From: Patescibacteria group bacterium | Lineage (GTDB): Bacteria; Patescibacteriota; Minisyncoccia; Phycocordibacterales; JAKFXT01 | Assembly (NCBI GenBank): GCA_038062775.1 | Contig: JBBTWL010000077.1 | Span: forward strand, 1 to 25,952 | Length of the DNA stretch: 25,952 bases | Reading direction: 5' to 3' | In this document: positions 1 through 8,153 of the stretch, piece by piece | How the letters are laid out: the number at the start of each line of letters is the position of its first letter | How positions within the stretch are numbered: the stretch's first letter is position 1 | The notes under the pieces: generated by a model | Seen by the model: the letters and a program-made list of their open reading frames with translations, nothing else | What the model was told of the DNA's origin: nothing | The model's database searches: none | Program-made: the position numbers and the translations under genes

Positions 1-2
1 TG

Positions 3-551
3 GAAGTGGGTTGCGGTAGTGGGGCCAACCTTTGGGTTATAGCCCGAGAAGGTTTTGACACGTATGGCATAGATATCGCTCCGACCGGGATAAAGCTCTG
101 CCGGCAGATGCTTCAAAGTTATGGCGTTAGTGCAAAAATTAAAGTAGGCAATATGAAAAAATTGGACTTTAGGAATAACTATTTTGACGCTGTTGTTGAT
201 GTGATGTCTCTTGAACACACTGATCTGTTGGGGCACAAAAAAGCTTTTGCGGAAATTTTTAGATGTTTAAAAAAAGGAGGTCGACTTTTCAGTTGGCACT
301 TGGGTGAGGACAGTGTTTCTTTTAAGAAAAGTGGAGGCAATAAAATTGACAAATTAACCGTGGATAATATTCCAAATACGAAGGTTCCTTATTACAACAA
401 TGGTATAACATGTTTCCTGACCACGAAGGTTGCCAGAAAAATGCTTACCGAAGCTGGTTTCCGCGACGTTGTTATTGAACGGGTAGAGAGAACATATAAA
501 GAAATGACTCAGCAAATAGAATACTTTTCTATCAGTGCCAGTCGTCCGTAA
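3..551 (+). CDS. Class I SAM-dependent methyltransferase, 5'-truncated by the window edge
   Basis: The frame is open from base 3 (GAA GTG GGT TGC GGT AGT GGG = EVGCGSG, SAM motif I). Followed by GIDI, GNMKKLDF, FDAVVD and LKKGG. The GTG at 6 in the ORF track is internal to motif I, so the true start is upstream of the window. Confidence 0.85.
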   Translation, partial: EVGCGSGANLWVIAREGFDTYGIDIAPTGIKLCRQMLQSYGVSAKIKVGNMKKLDFRNNYFDAVVDVMSLEHTDLLGHKKAFAEIFRCLKKGGRLFSWHLGEDSVSFKKSGGNKIDKLTVDNIPNTKVPYYNNGITCFLTTKVARKMLTEAGFRDVVIERVERTYKEMTQQIEYFSISASRP

Positions 552-591
552 AATTAAATTTTAAATGCACAATTTCACTTTAGGCGAGACT

Positions 592-620
592 TTGACATCC
601 TTTTAAAATAGGGCTAAGGT
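592..620 (+). promoter_or_regulatory. Sigma70-type promoter upstream of pseB
   Basis: TTGACA (592-597), 17-bp spacer, TAAGGT (615-620), in the intergenic gap before pseB. Confidence 0.65.
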
Positions 621-701
621 ATAAAACCACCTTAAATTACCGGGTTATTTAGACGGTCTTGTAAGAAGAGGAAAAGAGGTTATTCGCACCAAGTAACAAA
701 T

Positions 702-1736
702 ATGCCAAAATCACTGCCCCAGAATATGAATAAAATTGATTTTCTTAAAAATAAAACTGTGCTGATTACTGGTGGCACGGGCTCTTTCGGTAAGAACTTT
801 TCCCAATACTTACTTCTAAATTCTGAGATCAAAAAACTCATCATTTTTAGTCGGGATGAATTTAAGCAGTCGCAAATGCGCACCCTGCTTTCTGATGACG
901 AACGTCTGCGTTTTTTTATTGGGGATGTTCGCGATTTGCCACGGCTAGAACGCGCTTTCAGTGGAGTGGATATTGTCGTGCATGCCGCGGCGTTAAAGCA
1001 AATTCCCGCTTTGGAGTACAATCCTTTTGAAGCGGTTAAAACAAATATTTTTGGCAGTCAGAATGTCATTGATGCCGCCATAGACAGAGGAGTCAAAAAA
1101 GTTGTTTTGATTTCAACTGACAAAGCCGCACAGCCATCAAATTTGTATGGCTCAACAAAGTTGTGCGCGGAAAAATTATTTATAAGTGGCAATTCCTACA
1201 CTTCCGGGAAAACACTCTTTAGTTGTGTGCGCTATGGCAATGTTGTTGGCAGTCGGGGGAGCATTGTTGAAATATTATTAAAAGCAAAGAATCATAATTC
1301 CGTAAACATCACACACGAAGAGATGACCAGATTTTGGATCAATCTTGATCAAAGTTTCAAGTTGGTGTTGTTTGCCCTTGAGGCAATGTCGGGCGGTGAA
1401 ATATTCGTGCCAAAAATTCCAAGTATGAAAATAGTTGATCTTTTTAAAGCAGTCGCGCCTAAGGCTAAGCATAAAATAACCGGAATAAGGCCGGGGGAAA
1501 AATTACACGAGGTTCTCATCACTAAAGAAGAAGCTCGCCACACCATTGAGTTGGAGGATTATTTTGTCATTTTGCCAGAGCACGAGGAGGTTTTTAATGG
1601 CGGGGTCAATCATGTCAAAATTTTAGCTTCCGGTAAAAAACTGCCCAGAGATTTTATTTATTCTAGCGACACGAATACCGTTTGGCTTTCTAAGGGTGAG
1701 TTTGGCAGGATGGCGAAAACTATTCAATCATTATGA
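702..1736 (+). CDS. pseB: UDP-N-acetylglucosamine 4,6-dehydratase (inverting), PseB type
   Basis: TGGTGSFG Rossmann motif, FSRDEFKQ, HAAALKQ, STDKA, YGSTK (YxxxK), RYGNVVGSRGS, MTRFWI, GIRPGEKLHE. An alternative start is ATG 726. Confidence 0.92.
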   Translation: MPKSLPQNMNKIDFLKNKTVLITGGTGSFGKNFSQYLLLNSEIKKLIIFSRDEFKQSQMRTLLSDDERLRFFIGDVRDLPRLERAFSGVDIVVHAAALKQIPALEYNPFEAVKTNIFGSQNVIDAAIDRGVKKVVLISTDKAAQPSNLYGSTKLCAEKLFISGNSYTSGKTLFSCVRYGNVVGSRGSIVEILLKAKNHNSVNITHEEMTRFWINLDQSFKLVLFALEAMSGGEIFVPKIPSMKIVDLFKAVAPKAKHKITGIRPGEKLHEVLITKEEARHTIELEDYFVILPEHEEVFNGGVNHVKILASGKKLPRDFIYSSDTNTVWLSKGEFGRMAKTIQSL

Positions 1737-2872
1737 TTCCCTATGGGCGACAGCACATCACTTCAGAGGATATAGAAGCGGTGGTGGCAGTGCTCAAGTC
1801 CGATTTTTTGACACAGGGACCAAAAGTCAAAGAGTTTGAAGAATCTATCGCTAAATATTGTGACGCGAAATACGCTGTTGCTTTTTCTTCCGGCACGGCA
1901 GCGCTCCACGGGGCTTACTACGCGGCAGGCATAGGGAAGGGGGATGAGGTGATTACCACTCCACTTACTTTTGTCGCTACCGCCAACATGGTGGTGGCAG
2001 TGGGGGCAAAACCTATTTTTGCCGATATTGATTCCATGACTGGGAACCTTGATCCGAAAAAGGCGGAAGGAAAAATAACAAAAAAAACAAAAGCCATAGT
2101 TGTTGTTGATTATACCGGGTTGCCGGCAGATCTCGAGGCATTTAAAAAAATTTGTAAAAAAAGAAAACTCGTCTTTATTGAGGATGCGGCACAGGCACTT
2201 GGAGCCTCATATGGCAAAAAAAAGATCGGGGCTATTGCTGACATGACCATGTTCAGTTTTCACCCGGTAAAGTCCATCACCACAGGCGAGGGCGGCATTA
2301 TTGTTACTAACAGCAAAAAATACTTCGAAAAATTGGTTCTCTTCCGGAGTCATGGCATAACGAAAGATAAAAAAAATCTTTTGCATAAAAATCGCGAAGC
2401 ATGGTATCACGAAATGCATGACCTTGGTTTTAACTACCGCATAACAGACATACAAGCTGCGCTCGGCATAAGTCAAATGAGGAAACTCGATGTTTTTATT
2501 GAAAAAAGGAAGGCAATTGCCATGCGGTATCACGAAGCATTAGGCAACATAAAGCGATTTATTTTGCCAAAAGAAATTTCAGGTCGAAAATCAAGTTGGC
2601 ATCTGTACGTGATTCGGATTGTTCCGGAAGAAAAGCATCTTCGAGACGTTATTTTCGGGAAACTTCATAAAGCGGGTATTGGGGCACAGGTGCATTACAT
2701 ACCAGCGTATCATCACCCGTACTATGAATCGCTCGGTTACAAAAAAGGGCTTTGTCCGAATGCTGAAATTTTTTCAGAAACAGCGATTTCTATCCCGATT
2801 TTCCCGTCACTTTCTTTGGCAGAGCAGAGGAAAATTGTTCAGCATGTAAAGAGAGTAAGCCCAAATATATAA
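1733..2872 (+). CDS. pseC: UDP-4-amino-4,6-dideoxy-N-acetyl-altrosamine transaminase (DegT/DnrJ family), PseC type
   Basis: MIPYGRQ N-terminus, FLTQGPKV, SSGTAALH, EDAAQALG, FSFHPVKSITTGEGG (PLP lysine), GFNYRITDIQAALG. ATGA overlap with pseB. Confidence 0.92.
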   Translation: MIPYGRQHITSEDIEAVVAVLKSDFLTQGPKVKEFEESIAKYCDAKYAVAFSSGTAALHGAYYAAGIGKGDEVITTPLTFVATANMVVAVGAKPIFADIDSMTGNLDPKKAEGKITKKTKAIVVVDYTGLPADLEAFKKICKKRKLVFIEDAAQALGASYGKKKIGAIADMTMFSFHPVKSITTGEGGIIVTNSKKYFEKLVLFRSHGITKDKKNLLHKNREAWYHEMHDLGFNYRITDIQAALGISQMRKLDVFIEKRKAIAMRYHEALGNIKRFILPKEISGRKSSWHLYVIRIVPEEKHLRDVIFGKLHKAGIGAQVHYIPAYHHPYYESLGYKKGLCPNAEIFSETAISIPIFPSLSLAEQRKIVQHVKRVSPNI

Positions 2873-2882
2873 TTTTTTACAT

Positions 2883-4274
2883 ATGCCTGAACAGTTTGAA
2901 AAAATTAGAACAGAAAAAATCGGTTTTCGAGCAGATGAAATCTCTTTTATCAAAAAGAATAGCAATGAAATACTCGGTATTCTTGATGACCCTGAAGAGA
3001 GAGAAGCGGTAAAAAGAATTTCGGAAGAAACACTCTTTCCGGACGACGACGTATGGCAAAAGATGGGAAGAGGCATTCTCGAACGATTTGAGACAAAGAT
3101 TTTTGAGTTTGAAAAAAAAGAAGCGGATAAGAACGCGAAACGTGTTTTGGTAACCTCGGACAATCCCGGCTCTTTCGGCGCAATCAAAAACATTATTCGG
3201 GCACTTGAAAATGATTCACGTTGTAAAGGAATTGTGGCCCTGGTTTCCGGAGTTGCTGGCAAACAATTCACAGGAGAATTCCCAATATTCAAAAAAATAC
3301 ACGAGGAGAGAACGGTTCTTGGCGATATCATCGAGGTTTCAAAAAATGAACCAATAGATGTTGCTCTGGCATCGGTGAGTGTCAAAAATGGCCCCGAAGG
3401 CCTGGTTCTTTTTGGTGCCAAAAGTAATTTGGGTGTTTCCAAAACATTTTTTCTTTTTGAAGGATACGGCACGCCTGGAGGAACTTTTTTATTGGGGAAT
3501 AACGAAAGAATGGAAAGCATTGATGGGATTTTCTGCAACGATGAGTTTGCTAAAAAGATATTGGGACAACGAATGCCGGAGTATCCGCAAGAGAAGATAC
3601 ATATTTGCGGAGTCCTCTCATCTGAAGGGTTTGAACTCGAAAAAGCAGAATCGTATCGTGAAGAAACGCGGAGAAAACTTGGCATTGATAGCAATGCTTT
3701 TGTTGTTTTATACCTCGGCGATCTTTTTTCTGACGGTAAGGATGAGGGTTTCCTTGATCCGGATATAGACATCAAAACACTTGAAAAAACCATTCTGGCC
3801 GTTTCCCAATTTTCCCATAACAATGTCGGGGGAGTAGTTATTATTGTGCGCCCGCATCCCCGCGACCCGCAAAAAGAGAATCTCCTTGCTATTGGTGAAA
3901 AGATTGCATTGCCCGAAAATCTTTCAATCAGGAAAGGCGCCTCGCCACTTTCCTTCAATGGCGTGGCGTACGCCTCTGATGTTATAGTAAGCATCCAAGG
4001 CACCGAAAACTTTTTTGCCCCGCTTCGCGGGAAACCAAGCGTTTTTTTGGCGTATAATGATCTCGGGCTTGGGGGAGACGCGCTTCGGCAAGCATATGAC
4101 GAAGCGCTGATTGAAGAAATACGACAGATTCGTGGCATTTCAATCGCTTCTTCCTCGGAAGCGCTCACAGGCATTCTCGAAAAGGTTTCCAAGGAACCGC
4201 TCGTAGGTACGAAGTTAGATACAAAACAGATGCACAGTGCCACAGGCGCTCTTATCGATATCATCTTGGTGTAA
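2883..4274 (+). CDS. Orphan protein with GT-B-like features; candidate nonulosonate/glycosyl transferase
   Basis: 463-aa ORF tightly packed between pseC and a methyltransferase. RVLVTSDNPGS strand-loop, VIIVRPHPRD (HP motif), ASDVIVSIQGT. The CDS is well supported; the function is inferred. Confidence 0.5.
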   Translation: MPEQFEKIRTEKIGFRADEISFIKKNSNEILGILDDPEEREAVKRISEETLFPDDDVWQKMGRGILERFETKIFEFEKKEADKNAKRVLVTSDNPGSFGAIKNIIRALENDSRCKGIVALVSGVAGKQFTGEFPIFKKIHEERTVLGDIIEVSKNEPIDVALASVSVKNGPEGLVLFGAKSNLGVSKTFFLFEGYGTPGGTFLLGNNERMESIDGIFCNDEFAKKILGQRMPEYPQEKIHICGVLSSEGFELEKAESYREETRRKLGIDSNAFVVLYLGDLFSDGKDEGFLDPDIDIKTLEKTILAVSQFSHNNVGGVVIIVRPHPRDPQKENLLAIGEKIALPENLSIRKGASPLSFNGVAYASDVIVSIQGTENFFAPLRGKPSVFLAYNDLGLGGDALRQAYDEALIEEIRQIRGISIASSSEALTGILEKVSKEPLVGTKLDTKQMHSATGALIDIILV

Positions 4275-4931
4275 ATGAAAAAAAACAAAAAAACACAAGA
4301 TGCTCTTTTTTTGAAAAACGAAGGGGATCAGTGGTTCAAAAGAAACGAAAAAGCGCTGGGTAAAGCTAAATTTGAACCGGTCTCATATCTTCTTGACCTT
4401 TACTCACTGCGACCCAAAAGTATTATTGACATCGGATGCAGTGACGGTTGGCGGTTAGAGAGACTCCGAAAAAAATACGGGGCGCACTGTGTTGGCGTTG
4501 ATGCTTCGAAGTTGGCAATTAGAAATGGCCAAAAAAAATACCCTAAGCTTGATCTCAAAAAAAGCTCGGTCTCCGATATTCACATAAAAGATTTAAAATT
4601 TGATTTGGCAATTATTATTTTTGTTTTTCACTGGATATCACGGGAAACACTTATGCAGTCACTTTCAGAGATAGATAGAATGATTAAGCCCGGGGGGTAC
4701 TTGATAATAGGAGATTTTGCCCCGGATGCTCCAACAAAAAATAAATATCACCACTTGCCGAAAGATGATGTTTGGACCTATAAAGATTTTTATCCGGAAA
4801 TGTTTACCAAGACAGGAGCGTATTACGAAGTGGCTCGATTTACTAACGGATATCCACACTTAACCTTTACAGCAGACGCTCCCGCCGAAAATCGTGCCGT
4901 ATTTTGTCTGCTGAGAAAAAACACCAATTAA
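4275..4931 (+). CDS. Class I SAM-dependent methyltransferase
   Basis: IIDIGCSDG, GVDAS, FDLAI, IKPGGYLIIGDF. Start abuts the upstream TAA (TAAATG). Confidence 0.85.
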   Translation: MKKNKKTQDALFLKNEGDQWFKRNEKALGKAKFEPVSYLLDLYSLRPKSIIDIGCSDGWRLERLRKKYGAHCVGVDASKLAIRNGQKKYPKLDLKKSSVSDIHIKDLKFDLAIIIFVFHWISRETLMQSLSEIDRMIKPGGYLIIGDFAPDAPTKNKYHHLPKDDVWTYKDFYPEMFTKTGAYYEVARFTNGYPHLTFTADAPAENRAVFCLLRKNTN

Positions 4932-4979
4932 TTAATGACGACATACCCGAAAGTGTATTGAAAGAAAAAAATAGAAAAA

Positions 4980-6305
4980 ATGAAGAAAAAAAGTGTAAAA
5001 AAAGGACAAGCGCTATGGGAAAAAGCCAAAAAGCTTATTCCTGGTGGCAATCAACTTCTCTCCAAACGCTCGGAGATGTTTTTGCCGGGACAATGGCCCG
5101 CCTATTACTCCAAAGCCAAGGGGTGCGAAGTGTGGGATCTCGATGGCAAGCATTACTTCGATATGGGGAGAATGGCGGTGGGAAGCTGTCTGCTTGGCTA
5201 TGCTGATCCGGACGTGAATTCGGCGGTCAAAGATGCGGTGGATCGCGGTTCGATGTCAACACTGAATGTGCCAGAAGAAGTAGAGCTTGCCGAACTGTTA
5301 TGCAAGATACACCCATGGGCGCACATGGCGCGCTTCGCGCGCGGCGGGGGGGAAGCGATGGCTATCGCAGTGCGCATTGCGCGGGCATATACCGACCGCG
5401 ACATCATCGCCTTTTGCGGTTATCACGGTTGGGCCGACTGGTATCTGGCGACGAATCTCGGCACGACCGATGGGCTCAAGGAGCACTTACTCGCCGGGCT
5501 TGAGGCGAAGGGTGTGCCGAGAGGATTGCGCGGTAGTATTTTGCCTTTCCGCTACAATCATCTTGAAGAGCTCGAAGCGATTGTGAAGCATGCTGGCAAA
5601 CGACTCGCGGCGATTGTTATGGAACCGCTCCATGGTGAAGAACCAAAAGATAATTTTCTTAAAAAGATTCGTGCGATTGCCGACAAAACTGGTGCCGTAC
5701 TTATTTTCGATGAAGTATCGATTGGCTGGAAGCTCACCTACGGTGGCGCGCACCTTATTTATAAAGTCAATCCGGACATTGCGGTATTCAGCAAGGCGAT
5801 GAGCAACGGCTTCCCGATGGCGGCGATTATTGGCAAACACAATGTGATGCAAGCGGCGCAAAATACTTTCATATCGAGTACCTACTGGACCGATCGTACC
5901 GGCCCCGTGGCGGCACTCGCGACGCTCAAAAAGATGAAAAAGATGAATGTACCGAAGCGCATAGCCGAAGCAGCGGCACAGATGCGCGCAGGCTGGGCCA
6001 GCACGGCAAAAAAACACGGACTAAAAATCAAAATTGGCGGAACGATCCCCTATAATTTGTTTTCCTTTCTGTATGATGACGCGCAGGCGCTGAAGACTCT
6101 TTTTACGCAAGAAATGCTTGAGCGCGGGTTCCTTGCTTCGACCGAATTCAATCCGTCCTGCGCTCATACTCCTACCCATATCAAACGCTATGTCAAAACA
6201 CTCGACAGCGTGTTCGCTGAAATCCGCAAAGCGCTCGACACGGATTCGGTGCGCCAGCGTCTCAAGGGCCCCATCGCGCACTTGCACTTTGAACGCCTTA
6301 ATTGA
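4980..6305 (+). CDS. Class III PLP aminotransferase (glutamate-1-semialdehyde aminomutase-like, KdnA-like subgroup)
   Basis: KAKGCEVWDLDGKHYFD, LLGYADPDV, CGYHGW, AAIVMEP, LIFDEV, FSKAMSNGFPMAA (PLP lysine), ISSTYW. Cluster context argues against true HemL. Confidence 0.85.
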   Translation: MKKKSVKKGQALWEKAKKLIPGGNQLLSKRSEMFLPGQWPAYYSKAKGCEVWDLDGKHYFDMGRMAVGSCLLGYADPDVNSAVKDAVDRGSMSTLNVPEEVELAELLCKIHPWAHMARFARGGGEAMAIAVRIARAYTDRDIIAFCGYHGWADWYLATNLGTTDGLKEHLLAGLEAKGVPRGLRGSILPFRYNHLEELEAIVKHAGKRLAAIVMEPLHGEEPKDNFLKKIRAIADKTGAVLIFDEVSIGWKLTYGGAHLIYKVNPDIAVFSKAMSNGFPMAAIIGKHNVMQAAQNTFISSTYWTDRTGPVAALATLKKMKKMNVPKRIAEAAAQMRAGWASTAKKHGLKIKIGGTIPYNLFSFLYDDAQALKTLFTQEMLERGFLASTEFNPSCAHTPTHIKRYVKTLDSVFAEIRKALDTDSVRQRLKGPIAHLHFERLN

Positions 6306-6352
6306 TTTCTAGGGTATAAAAAAATAGATATGGCATACACACGTGTCTGAAT

Positions 6353-6382
6353 AAAAAATTCCTCCGCGGGTGAGGCGGAGGA
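6353..6382 (-). terminator. Intrinsic terminator of the EamA-like gene
   Basis: 8-bp stem TCCTCCGC (6360-6367) / GCGGAGGA (6375-6382) with a 7-nt loop. On the minus strand it is followed by A then T6 (6358-6353), just after the TGA at 6389. Confidence 0.75.
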
Positions 6383-6388
6383 GGGGAT

Positions 6389-7276
6389 TCACATCACAAA
6401 ACCTACAACGACGAAGAAGGAGCCGAGGATACCGAGGCAGAGATAGCACCACTCTGCGAAACCATAGTCTTTTTTCTCTCCAAAACCGATGAGGCCAATA
6501 AGCACGGGAAACACTATTTCGCTTACCAAGAATATCGGTTGAACAACGAGAAGAGGCGCGAGGATAAGCGCCCAATAGTTAAGTCCAAGCGCAGTCAAGA
6601 TGACGCATCCCAGACCAACCGAGAGCGTAACATCTCGTCTGCTTATGACCGAGCGCTCCTTGCGCCACTTCATGCGAATGATGATGATAGCCGCGAGCAG
6701 TGCTCCGAAATACCAACCAGCAATGAAGGTGCTCGGAGCAACCTGCTCTAGTGCCATAAGACGAGTACAAAAGATAGCCACACCCCAGATAACACTGTAG
6801 CCCGCGATCCATGCATACAGCGCCAGAGGATGAGCTCCGTTTGTGCTCGTCTCCTTAGTTTTTTGACGATAATCGCCGTATGAGAACAAGGCTACTGCCG
6901 TAAACGAAAACATGATGCCGAGAGTTATCGGCGTGTTGAGCAGTCGTCCCTCGTCCAAGAAGTAGTACGCAAGAGTCATGCCGATAAGGTCATCTCCCGG
7001 CGTGAAAAGAGAGGTCTTCGAGAGCGATAGTTCGATGGCCCGCCACTGGCAATAGGCGCCGAAGCCATTTATGAAACCGACCCCCACGGTAATGAGCAGA
7101 TTCGTGTCAAACGACAGTCCGAACACCAGCACGCCAAGCACAGAGAGCAACGCCGCACTTGCGAATTGGAGCATGAAACGCTCTTCTCGTCCGACCCCTG
7201 TCGCGGCCTTCTTTATCATCCATGGGGCAATGATGTGCCCCACGAATATTCGTAGTACCACCGGTATGAGCCACAT
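6389..7276 (-). CDS. Multi-pass membrane protein, probable DMT/EamA-family transporter
   Basis: 295 aa with about 10 hydrophobic segments in two similar halves, SLSKTSL and GLIGFGEK-type DMT features, GGAGG 8 nt before the ATG. Confidence 0.65.
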   Translation of the reverse strand: MWLIPVVLRIFVGHIIAPWMIKKAATGVGREERFMLQFASAALLSVLGVLVFGLSFDTNLLITVGVGFINGFGAYCQWRAIELSLSKTSLFTPGDDLIGMTLAYYFLDEGRLLNTPITLGIMFSFTAVALFSYGDYRQKTKETSTNGAHPLALYAWIAGYSVIWGVAIFCTRLMALEQVAPSTFIAGWYFGALLAAIIIIRMKWRKERSVISRRDVTLSVGLGCVILTALGLNYWALILAPLLVVQPIFLVSEIVFPVLIGLIGFGEKKDYGFAEWCYLCLGILGSFFVVVGFVM

Positions 7277-7321
7277 AAACTATCCCTCCGAATGTAAGTT
7301 AATCAGTCCGTTCCGTGTGAA

Positions 7322-7350
7322 AGAATAGCATTATTGATTAATTTTGTCAA
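7322..7350 (-). promoter_or_regulatory. Sigma70-type promoter for the EamA-like gene
   Basis: Minus strand TTGACA (7350-7345), 17 bp ending in TGC, TATTCT (7327-7322): consensus -35 plus extended -10. Confidence 0.7.
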
Positions 7351-7372
7351 TGAATGTGATAAATGCTACGAT
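7344..7372 (+). promoter_or_regulatory. Sigma70-type promoter for spsF and downstream genes, probably giving a leaderless mRNA
   Basis: TTGTCA (7344-7349), 17 bp ending in TGC, TACGAT (7367-7372). ATG 7380 lies 7 nt after the -10 box. Confidence 0.6.
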
Positions 7373-7379
7373 TCGAGGT

Positions 7380-8153
7380 ATGAAAATAGTAGCGATCATC
7401 CAAGCACGCACTGGCTCAGCGCGTTTGCCGAACAAGGTCCTGCGGCCGATTTTAGGAAGGCCGATGCTCGTACACATGATTGATCGGGTACAAAAGTCTA
7501 AAATACTCGATATGATTATTGTTGCGACAACTGACAAGATAGTAGATGATGCAATTGCACAACTCGCACAGGAATGTGGCGTTAGGTGTTTCCGTGGGGA
7601 TGAAAATGACGTGCTCGATCGATTTTATAAAGCGGCTAAAGAAGCTGATGCCAATGTTGTGGTGCGGCTCACTGGGGACTGTGTACTCCACGATTCTCTC
7701 GTGGTAGACGAAGTAGTTGAGCATTTTTTGACTTATACACTCGAGTATACACATGCTCCTGCAAATTATCCTGAAGGGCTTGATACTGAAGTGTTTTCGT
7801 TTAAAGCACTTGAGCGAGCGTGGAAGGAAGGGAAATTGCCCTCAGAGCGCGAGCATGTGACATTGTATATCCGCAATCATCCGGAAATATTTCATGTTGA
7901 TGAAATGTGGAGAAATGGAGAACAGGATTATTCCACTATGCATTGGTCAGTGGATACTGAACAAGACTTTGATTTTGTGACAAAGATATTCGAGCAACTG
8001 TATCCCATAACCCCAAGTTTTAGTAAGGACGATGTCCTTGCATTACTGGCACAGCGTCCGGAACTTTTGGAAATAAACAAAGGTGGCACGGGATATGAAG
8101 GTTTGGCAAAGTCTTTGAGAGAGGATAAAGAATTTAAAAAACGTTCTCTATGA
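7380..8153 (+). CDS. spsF: SpsF-type sugar cytidylyltransferase (CMP-nonulosonate synthetase family)
   Basis: MKIVAIIQARTGSARLPNKVL, FRGDENDVLDRF, VVRLTGDC, YPEGLDTEVF, REHVTLYIRNHP, WSVDTEQD. Start moved from 7344 to ATG 7380, where the family motif begins. Confidence 0.8.
   Translation: MKIVAIIQARTGSARLPNKVLRPILGRPMLVHMIDRVQKSKILDMIIVATTDKIVDDAIAQLAQECGVRCFRGDENDVLDRFYKAAKEADANVVVRLTGDCVLHDSLVVDEVVEHFLTYTLEYTHAPANYPEGLDTEVFSFKALERAWKEGKLPSEREHVTLYIRNHPEIFHVDEMWRNGEQDYSTMHWSVDTEQDFDFVTKIFEQLYPITPSFSKDDVLALLAQRPELLEINKGGTGYEGLAKSLREDKEFKKRSL

Noticed and set aside
2807-4288. 493-aa minus-strand ORF covering the orphan GT-B-like gene
   Set aside because: Antisense shadow of a gene that fits the operon with tight junctions. 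It is Ser-rich, has no motifs and overlaps three plus-strand genes.
5346-5352. G7 tract in the aminotransferase as a phase-variation site (also G8 at 25821-25828)
   Set aside because: Short, in frame and explained by consecutive Gly codons.
4980-6305. hemL / tetrapyrrole synthesis
   Set aside because: No other hem genes, and the gene sits inside a sugar cluster; the fold alone does not support the symbol.
7344-7379. Longer spsF start at 7344
   Set aside because: It overlaps the predicted promoter boxes; the family signature begins at ATG 7380.
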